The notes under the pieces are model-generated. The model searched no databases, was not told the origin of the DNA, and worked only from the letters and a program-made list of their open reading frames with translations. The position numbers and the translations under genes are program-made. From Candidatus Altimarinota bacterium (GTDB lineage Bacteria > Patescibacteriota > Gracilibacteria > UBA1369): 32,000 bases of DNA. The stretch lies in the NCBI GenBank assembly GCA_041659405.1, contig JBAZYK010000009.1, positions 47,107-79,106 of the forward strand. The letters are read 5' to 3'. Shown here piece by piece: positions 26,132 to 32,000 of the stretch; positions within the stretch are counted from its first letter, which is position 1; each line of letters starts with the position of its first letter.

Positions 26132-26995
26132 TCATCTTTTTTTGCTACCATGAACTTTTGTGCCCGTGCCCTTTTTCTTTTGTGTCCTGCGTCTATTGGA
26201 CTTCATTTTCTTCTCCTTTGTCTGCTGTATCTCCTTATCTATCTGATCGCTATATTTCTCCGCCGCCTCCCAGGCCAATTCAAAAGTTTGTTTAAAAGCC
26301 TTGGCGATTTCTTTGCTTTCAATAATGATTCCGAGCATCTCTTTCCAGTCGGCAATCATAATTTTATTATCAAATAAATTGATCTCCGGCGTAAAGTCCA
26401 GCTTGTCCAAAGGCAATAATCGGCTTCTTCGTAGTTCCTGGTTATCCAGGCCGTGTCTTTCGCGATCTTTTGGTGTATCCGGAAACAGGGCTCTAATCGG
26501 AATTTTTTTGGCGGCACGGCGCTTGTAGTATTTTGGGAAATACCACGGAATGGCTTCCTGATTTACCTGGTCGCTGGCATAGGCCAAAATTTCCTCAGTG
26601 GAATTTAAAGTTTCTTCATACACACGAATCAGCCCTTCTTCGCCTTCATAAAAATAAACCTTTGGCCTGCCGGAAGCGTGATAATGGGTGGTCAATTCAG
26701 GCAAGATTTCGTCCGCTTCATTGGCCAGACGTGCATATTTTTCACTTTGTTCTTTTAAATAGGCGATAATTTTGGCTGGAGGAAGCGCTTCGTAATAACG
26801 ATTCCCTCTTTTATTTTGACTGATCACAATTCCTTTTTGCACCAGTTGATCCAGAATATCATAAGCGGTTGTGCGGTTAATACCGGCCTTTTTGGCGATT
26901 GTGGAAACCGGTGAAGCAACGCCAAGCTCCATTGCCGCCATATAAAGTTGAGCTTCTTTTATGTTTAGTCCAAGTTTTTGCAGGTTCGCAATCAT
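26132..26995 (-). CDS. TrmB-family HTH transcriptional regulator with basic C-terminal tail
   Basis: The N-terminus LGLNIKEAQLYMAAMELGVASPVSTIAKKAGINRTTAYDILDQLVQKGIV is a typical TrmB winged HTH. The C-terminal tail is NRRRTQKKKGTGTKVHGSKKR. Confidence 0.8.
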   Translation of the reverse strand: MIANLQKLGLNIKEAQLYMAAMELGVASPVSTIAKKAGINRTTAYDILDQLVQKGIVISQNKRGNRYYEALPPAKIIAYLKEQSEKYARLANEADEILPELTTHYHASGRPKVYFYEGEEGLIRVYEETLNSTEEILAYASDQVNQEAIPWYFPKYYKRRAAKKIPIRALFPDTPKDRERHGLDNQELRRSRLLPLDKLDFTPEINLFDNKIMIADWKEMLGIIIESKEIAKAFKQTFELAWEAAEKYSDQIDKEIQQTKEKKMKSNRRRTQKKKGTGTKVHGSKKR

Positions 26996-27135
26996 GGAAA
27001 TAGCTAAAAATTTATAGAATTTTCTTTAGGATGCTTGTGTGGAAAATAATCGTCAGAATAAATTTTAACTCAAAAGCAGCTCAAAAGAAAGGCAAAAAGC
27101 GCTTATCAGGTATGTCATATTTTAAAGACACTGGC

Positions 27136-27164
27136 TTGACAATCTGCTGTGTTTCGACGATTAT
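27136..27164 (+). promoter_or_regulatory. candidate sigma70 promoter for 27236..29014
   Basis: TTGACA (27136-41), 17 nt, then GATTAT (27159-64), 72 nt upstream of the ATG. Confidence 0.35.
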
Positions 27165-27235
27165 TATGTTCTTGTATTTAGAATTCGTACACAAAAAATT
27201 GGACTCACAAAATATCATCAAATTTTCAATTTAAT

Positions 27236-29014
27236 ATGCAAACCTGCTCAGCCTGCCAATCGCAATTCACAATCACTCCGGAAGAAATAAAATTTATCGA
27301 CAAAATAAGTCCCATTTTTGAAGGCAAAAAATTTCCAATTCCGGCACCTGCCATTTGCCCGGATTGTCGCTTGCGCACGCGCACCGCACACCGCAACGAG
27401 CAATACATGTACATGAATAAATCCGCAAATACCGGCGAATCTTTGCTTTCACTTTATTCTCCTGATACCGATTGGGGCAAAAAATATAAAATTGTCACCG
27501 ACTCGGAGTGGTGGAGTGACAAATGGGATGGTACCGATTTTGGCCGTGATTTCGATTTTAATCGACCATTTTTTGAACAATTTGCGGAGCTTTGTCGTGA
27601 TATTCCTCACGTTAATTTAATTCAGGTTGGCAACGAAAATTCGCCATTTACCACCGGCACCGGATACTGCAAAAACTGCTATCTGATCAACTGTTCCGAA
27701 AATTCTCAGGATTGTTATTATGGCAAACTTGTTCAGGGTTGTACCGATGCCATGGACTGCAGTTATGCCTATGATTCCGAGCTTTTATACGAATGTTTTT
27801 ACGTGACCAAATGTTACGATTGCAAATATGTTTATTACAGCCAAAATTCGTCCGAGTGCTGGTTTAGCGAAAATTTAAAAGGCTGCAGCAACTGTTTTTT
27901 ATGCACAAATTTAAGCAACAAACGGTACTATTTCATGAATCAACCTCTTGAAAAAGGACAGTACGAAGCCAAAATGAAAGAGTTTTTAGGCTCCGCTCAA
28001 AATGTGGAAAAAGCCAAAGCCATTCTTGATGACATGCGCAAAAAACGCATTCACAAATATGCCACGATTATTAATTCCGAAAATTCCACCGGCGACTTTT
28101 TAACCGGCTGCAAAAACTGCACCGATTGTTATGACGTGAATGATAGTGAGGACAGCAAGTATGTGACCGTTGGCGTAAATGTAAAAGACAACTTCGACTG
28201 TTCAAACATGTATTTAAAGCCGGAACTAAGCTATCAGGTACTTGGAACAATTGGAACCTATAACGTAATTTTCAGTCTCTACATTTTTAATTCTCAGGAC
28301 GTAATGTACAGCGAATTTTGTTATAACAGCAAAAATCTTTTCGGCTGTTCCGGGCTTCGCAAAAAGCAATATTGCATTTTCAATAAACAATATACCAAAG
28401 AAGAATATGAAAAACTTGTGCCAAAAATAATCGAGCACATGCAGAAAACCACTTTGCGAAATGGTGGATCTTTAACAGGATCCTCAGCCTGTGAATGGGG
28501 CCAATATTTTCCGGTTAAATACTCCCCTTTTGGCTATAACGAAACAGTTGCCCAGGAATATTTGCCGCTTACAAAAGAGCAGGCCATCGCTAAAGGCTAT
28601 CACTGGAAAGATCCGGATAATCGCGAATACAAGCCTCAAACCTACAGCGTTCCGGCCGACATTAAAGACGTCAAAGATGAAATAACCAATCAGGTTCTGG
28701 CCTGCAAAAATGTTTTGAATGACACATCGGGTGATGCTTTGAATGCCACTGAGCCAGCCAAACTCTGTGGCCGCAATTACAAAATTATTCCGCAAGAACT
28801 TCGCCGCCTGCGCAATTTAAATTTGCCAGTCCCGACTAAGTGTCCGGATTGCCGCCACATGGACCGTATGAAGCTCAGAAATGCCCGTAAACTCTACGAT
28901 CGCACATGCGCCAAGTGTAACGCCACTATTAAGACCACCTTCGCCCCAGACCGCTCCCGCTCAGGCGGGAAAATCGTCTATTGCGAAAAGTGCTACCTGC
29001 AAGCGGTTTACTGA
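27236..29014 (+). CDS. Cys-rich repeat protein with N- and C-terminal CxxC zinc-ribbon modules (conserved hypothetical, CPR-type)
   Basis: 592 aa. N-terminus: CSACQ...ICPDCRLRTRTAHRNEQYMY. C-terminus: KCPDCRHMDRMKLRNARKLYDRTCAKCN...VYCEKCY. The centre has two blocks of short Cys-containing repeats (YCKNCYLINCSENSQDCYYGKLVQGCTDAMDCSYAYDS...; GCKNCTDCYDVNDSEDSKY...). Confidence 0.8.
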   Translation: MQTCSACQSQFTITPEEIKFIDKISPIFEGKKFPIPAPAICPDCRLRTRTAHRNEQYMYMNKSANTGESLLSLYSPDTDWGKKYKIVTDSEWWSDKWDGTDFGRDFDFNRPFFEQFAELCRDIPHVNLIQVGNENSPFTTGTGYCKNCYLINCSENSQDCYYGKLVQGCTDAMDCSYAYDSELLYECFYVTKCYDCKYVYYSQNSSECWFSENLKGCSNCFLCTNLSNKRYYFMNQPLEKGQYEAKMKEFLGSAQNVEKAKAILDDMRKKRIHKYATIINSENSTGDFLTGCKNCTDCYDVNDSEDSKYVTVGVNVKDNFDCSNMYLKPELSYQVLGTIGTYNVIFSLYIFNSQDVMYSEFCYNSKNLFGCSGLRKKQYCIFNKQYTKEEYEKLVPKIIEHMQKTTLRNGGSLTGSSACEWGQYFPVKYSPFGYNETVAQEYLPLTKEQAIAKGYHWKDPDNREYKPQTYSVPADIKDVKDEITNQVLACKNVLNDTSGDALNATEPAKLCGRNYKIIPQELRRLRNLNLPVPTKCPDCRHMDRMKLRNARKLYDRTCAKCNATIKTTFAPDRSRSGGKIVYCEKCYLQAVY

Positions 29015-30288
29015 ATCGCATTCTCTCCTGCCAGCCTGCCGGTAGCCCACGCCGCCTGCAGATTAAAGCCTCCGGTAAAGCCATCAATATCCAAAATTTC
29101 TCCGGCAAAATAAAGCCCGGGGCAAATTTTGGATTCCATTGTGTTTGTATTTACTTCACTGGAATCCACTCCGCCCGCTGTAACAAATTCATCGCCGGCG
29201 CCTCTACCGGTTGCTTCCAATTTCATATTCTGGAACAGTCCTAAAATGGCATCACGCTGGGATTTATTAAGTGTAGCTACCGTATGTTTAGGGGCGATTT
29301 TTAGAATTTCACAGAAAACTTCAGCCAAAGATTTTGGTAAAAATAGATCCAAAAAATTCACCAGAAACTTTTTACCATTTTGCTCTGTGAGCAGGATAAA
29401 GCGCTTTTTAAGCTCTTCCGGCTTTTCTTCCGGAAAGAAATTAATGTTGATTTTAAGTGGCTTTTCAGGACTAAAATCTTCATATGCAGCCATGCTGGAA
29501 AGCGCAAAAATTGCCGGTCCACTCACGCCTTTATGCGTAAAAACAAAAGATCCGGTGCGTTCATATTTGCCAACGGTTATTTTTGCCTTCTTAAAAGCCA
29601 CCCCCGCCAGTTTGGATACCCAGGTATCTTTCACCAAAAATGAGTGCAAGGAAGGTGCTAATTTTGTAATTGAATGTCCTAAAGATTTAGCAAAAGCATA
29701 GCCGTCGCCGGTTGATCCGGTCTGTCGATAAGCATTGCCACCAGTCGTAATAATAACGCTATCAACTTCAAAATTACGACCATCTTTAAGGAAAATTTTG
29801 AACTTCGCCCCGCCCCTTTTTGGCTTTCCACCATCGCTCCCGACTTTCTCAATTTTCTCAACAATTGCATTCAGAAAAAATTGCGCGCCCGTGCCGGCGA
29901 CTCCGGCTTCCGCTCGTTTTAATCCGCTTCCCAATGCCCCAACAATGTCTTTTCCATTGTTAGAAGCCGGAAAAACCCGCAAATCTTCTTCGGTTTTCAT
30001 CTTCACTCCATGATCTTCAAACCACTCAATCACCTTTTCCGGTGGAAATCTAAACATTGCCGACATCAAAAATTTCGCCCCGCGCGGATAATTTTTCAAC
30101 AATTCTTTTACATCAAAAATCCCGGTGGTTACATTACAGCGACCACCTCCACTAATCAGCACTTTTGATCCAAGCTGAGCGTTTTTTTCGAACAACAAAA
30201 CTCCCGTTTCCGGGGCAAGTTCTTCTATTGTAGCCGCCGCCATTAAACCTGCTGCGCCTCCTCCGATGATTGCTGTTTTTTTATGCAT
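29008..30288 (-). CDS. HI0933/BaiN-like NAD(P)/FAD-dependent oxidoreductase
   Basis: Motifs KKTAIIGGGAAGLMAA, VLISGGGRCNVTT and a C-terminal GLYFAGEILDIDGFTGGFNLQAAWATG. I prefer ATG 30288 (MHKKTAII). The 3' end overlaps the convergent gene by 7 nt. Confidence 0.88.
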   Translation of the reverse strand: MHKKTAIIGGGAAGLMAAATIEELAPETGVLLFEKNAQLGSKVLISGGGRCNVTTGIFDVKELLKNYPRGAKFLMSAMFRFPPEKVIEWFEDHGVKMKTEEDLRVFPASNNGKDIVGALGSGLKRAEAGVAGTGAQFFLNAIVEKIEKVGSDGGKPKRGGAKFKIFLKDGRNFEVDSVIITTGGNAYRQTGSTGDGYAFAKSLGHSITKLAPSLHSFLVKDTWVSKLAGVAFKKAKITVGKYERTGSFVFTHKGVSGPAIFALSSMAAYEDFSPEKPLKININFFPEEKPEELKKRFILLTEQNGKKFLVNFLDLFLPKSLAEVFCEILKIAPKHTVATLNKSQRDAILGLFQNMKLEATGRGAGDEFVTAGGVDSSEVNTNTMESKICPGLYFAGEILDIDGFTGGFNLQAAWATGRLAGENAIQ

Positions 30289-30432
30289 ATTCAAAAAAAC
30301 TTTTAATAATAAAAGCAAAAGCATTCTACGCTAATTCTCCTACGCCGCAAGCACGTAAGGCGTGGCAAAACAAAACCAGCGACCAAGCCACGCCACAAAA
30401 TCTGAATCAAAATGCTTAGCCCGAAACCGAAA

Positions 30433-30612
30433 CTAAGCTTTTTTTGTAGGCAGAATTTTATACATTCCGGTACCGCAAACGCTGCATTTACCCTTGACGG
30501 CTTTGCGTCCTTTTTTGCCGAATTCTACCTCTTCATAACCTTGTACCATTTCTCTTTTTTCTTTACATTTAACGCAATATCCCTGCATTACTATTACTTC
30601 ATCTTTTGCCAT
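30433..30612 (-). CDS. DUF5679-like small zinc-ribbon protein (59 aa)
   Basis: Own translation: MAKDEVIVMQGYCVKCKEKREMVQGYEEVEFGKKGRKAVKGKCSVCGTGMYKILPTKKA. The CxxC...CxxC spacing and the K(N/K)GR.A.KG.C..CGT motif match DUF5679 as I recall it. It falls below the 60-aa cutoff of the ORF track. Confidence 0.7.
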   Translation of the reverse strand: MAKDEVIVMQGYCVKCKEKREMVQGYEEVEFGKKGRKAVKGKCSVCGTGMYKILPTKKA

Positions 30613-30746
30613 AACAAAGAAATTAAAAATTATAAATTGATTCTACCCTATAAGACGAATAGCTTCAAACTCTTTCATTTGCAATATTGCACAGAAATTG
30701 ACTGGATTCTTAAAAACACCCATCCAATCCCAAACGCCTGTATTGA

Positions 30747-30773
30747 AATGGTCGGGGTGAAAGGATTCGAACC
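30747..30773 (-). repeat. orphan copy of the tRNA-Pro 3' end (att-like direct repeat)
   Basis: The 27-nt sequence AATGGTCGGGGTGAAAGGATTCGAACC is identical to 31480-31506. Adjacent sequence (CCGGAAGCTCAACC...) cannot complete a T-stem or a tRNA. Confidence 0.85.
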
Positions 30774-30780
30774 CGGAAGC

Positions 30781-31116
30781 TCAACCGCCGGTATTCCTGG
30801 CAGCATAATTGAAACTATAAAAATATTTCTGCCAGCTTTCATCTGATGACCCATAGATATTTTCACCAAAAAAGTAATCCGCCCAAACCTCCCGCGCCCT
30901 GGCAACCTCCCGCAAACGATGAATATTTTTAGGATCTGCCATCGTAAGATCAAAGAGCTCCAAAGCTCTATCAAAAGCCAATTTAGAGTATTCCAGATTG
31001 GCTTTGTTTTTCCAGTTAATGGCACGAATCACCTCACTACCAATATTGGCCATCTGGTCAATCAACGAAAACTGAAACCATCGGCCGGAAGCCGCGCTTT
31101 GATGCTGAAAACTCAT
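30781..31116 (-). CDS. helical hypothetical protein (111 aa), second gene of the tRNA-Pro cassette
   Basis: ORF with motifs FSLIDQMANIGSEVIRAINWKNK and RALELFDLTMADPKN...YFYSFNYAAR. Its start overlaps the upstream gene's stop (ATGA at 31113-16). Confidence 0.68.
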   Translation of the reverse strand: MSFQHQSAASGRWFQFSLIDQMANIGSEVIRAINWKNKANLEYSKLAFDRALELFDLTMADPKNIHRLREVARAREVWADYFFGENIYGSSDESWQKYFYSFNYAARNTGG

Positions 31117-31457
31117 AGTTCAATCAATTTAAAAACTACCTCGAGAATTTTTGCACGAATTTTCGGATCATCAACGCCCCTCGAACGATTTCCCCAGGAA
31201 GGACGCAAATTAATCATGGAATCAAATTCAATCAAATCATCACCGGTAAGATCAGGATAAATATTGATTCCCCAAAGATGATCCTGCTTCGAACCCAGCT
31301 CAAGCAAATAAGCCTCCTGATCTGCATGAAGATCAGCATCAACAGCCATAATCTCTTTTTCAATATCCACAACGGCTTTCACCAAATTCCCAAACATCTT
31401 ATTTGACATCTCTTTAAGCTCTTCACGTTTAACCTTTTCTTTTTGAACAATTTTCAT
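31113..31457 (-). CDS. DUF5674-like protein (114 aa; 122 aa if started at 31481)
   Basis: MFGNLVKAVVDIEKEIMAVDADLHADQEAYLLELGSKQDHLWGINIYPD...FDSMINLRPSWGNRSRGVDDP matches the DUF5674 family as I recall it. The longer form would begin directly next to the tRNA-Pro CCA end. Confidence 0.72.
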   Translation of the reverse strand: MKIVQKEKVKREELKEMSNKMFGNLVKAVVDIEKEIMAVDADLHADQEAYLLELGSKQDHLWGINIYPDLTGDDLIEFDSMINLRPSWGNRSRGVDDPKIRAKILEVVFKLIEL

Positions 31458-31481
31458 CAAACGAAAGGTTAAATATTTCAA

Positions 31482-31558
31482 TGGTCGGGGTGAAAGGATT
31501 CGAACCTTCGACCTCTTGGTCCCAAACCAAGCGCGCTAGCCAACTGCGCTACACCCCG
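31482..31558 (-). tRNA. tRNA-Pro (anticodon TGG), CCA encoded
   Basis: Manual fold: CGGGGTG-TA-GCGC-AGTTGGCTA-GCGC-G-CTTGG-TTTGGGA-CCAAG-AGGTC-GAAGG-TTCGAAT-CCTTT-CACCCCG-A-CCA. Confidence 0.92.
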
Positions 31559-31751
31559 ATAAATTGCGAGAAAACCGTTCCGAAACAAAGTGAGTTCGAG
31601 CTCCGCGAGAACGAGCGAAGTGAGGACTCTGAGATCAAAATAACAAAGTTATTTTGTATCGAAGAGAGGTTTTCCCTATTGGGTAAATTGCGAGATTTGC
31701 GATCCGAAACGTATCGAGGAGAGCAAATCCCTATTCTGATAAATTGTGAGA
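31559..31751. repeat. tandem ~56-bp repeat (2 full copies plus a partial third) abutting the tRNA-Pro 5' end; the first copy carries a 69-bp insertion
   Basis: (A/G)TAAATTG(C/T)GAGA at 31559, 31683 and 31739. CCGAAAC at 31580 and 31704. GTATCGA(A/G)GAGAG at 31656 and 31711. TCCCTATT at 31673 and 31728. The insertion spans 31587-31655. Confidence 0.7.
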
Positions 31752-32000
31752 AACCCACCCTTTTTAAGTGCGCTGAAAACTGTTCCTAGTTTTCAACGCC
31801 TATTATTTATAGGCAAAACTTGCGCCAAAGTCAATGATTCATGTTTCCGGCATTTCTACTTTCCGGTTAGAAGTGGGATCATACGCTTTTTGGTTTGAAT
31901 AAATTAAATCGCTAGACATAGAGCTGAACAATGCGATATAAAAAGAAATCAACATCACTCACCCCACGAACCAGTAATCTGAATCCTTTTAATCTGGCAT

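Larger units (their letters stand above)
30747..31506 (-). mobile_element. candidate integrase-less integrated cassette (or island remnant) at tRNA-Pro, bounded by 27-nt direct repeats
   Basis: The arrangement is tRNA, then cargo, then an orphan tRNA 3' fragment in the same orientation. The cargo is two coupled small genes and no recombinase is present. Confidence 0.4.

Noticed and set aside
27031-27234. 67-aa ORF between the TrmB regulator and the Cys-rich protein gene
   Set aside because: It spans the predicted promoter of the downstream gene and has no motifs. It is most likely noncoding control region.
30412-30846. 144-aa plus-strand ORF
   Set aside because: It is low-complexity and Phe-rich. 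It is antisense to the well-formed DUF5679-like gene (30433..30612) and runs through the orphan tRNA-Pro fragment. The minus-strand ORF 30675..31025 is likewise an alternative frame of gene 30781..31116.
31481-31789. 102-aa plus-strand ORF and 69-aa minus-strand ORF (31549..31758)
   Set aside because: The first begins as the antisense of tRNA-Pro, and both run through the tandem repeat region. The repeat copies differ by indels that would not preserve a protein.
31912-32000. Edge ORFs: plus-strand ATG at 31931 (MRYKKKSTSLTPRTSNLNPFNLA...) or a minus-strand C-terminal fragment ending at 31912 (...RLLVRGVSDVDFFLYRIVQLYV)
   Set aside because: Both are under 30 codons and mutually exclusive, and neither has recognisable motifs. 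They cannot be decided from this window.

Overview
This is a densely coding, AT-rich bacterial window (roughly 40-45% GC by eye, not computed). It uses the standard genetic code: TGA ends several well-supported genes, and RF2 is encoded. The gene content suggests a reduced, CPR/Patescibacteria-type genome, though that is inference only. It includes many small ORFans, a TrmB-type regulator, a VirB2/TrbC-like pilin-like peptide, DUF5674- and DUF5679-like proteins, RNase J and scattered cell-wall genes.

Recognisable genes:
- Cell wall: FemAB-family transferase, murD, murB and a MOP-family flippase.
- Proline synthesis: a compact proB-proC-proA operon.
- Translation and RNA: def, prfB in a single frame with no programmed frameshift, and RNase J with a ~230-aa P/Q-rich N-terminal extension.
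- Other: a PP2C phosphatase, a hicA/hicB-like pair, a TrmB-family regulator and an HI0933-like flavoprotein.
- tRNAs, all on the minus strand and all CCA-encoding: Tyr-GTA, Thr-TGT and Pro-TGG.

Most unusual observations:
1. The 3' end of tRNA-Pro is duplicated as a perfect 27-nt direct repeat 733 bp away. The two copies bracket a two-gene cassette with no integrase (DUF5674-like plus a helical protein).
2. Four ORFans lie between tRNA-Tyr and tRNA-Thr, with degenerate tandem duplications of the tRNA-Thr 3' flank.
3. A 14-bp tandem repeat, not a multiple of 3, sits inside a low-complexity insertion in murB and is read in all three frames.
4. An operon of small helical proteins contains two paralogs that share an ANLP..Q motif.
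5. A 911-aa protein with internal repeats and a 592-aa Cys-rich repeat protein with duplicated terminal zinc ribbons are both of unknown function.

I cannot name a complete known defence or mobile system here. The tRNA-associated loci are my best candidates for something undescribed, and this rests on sequence inspection only.
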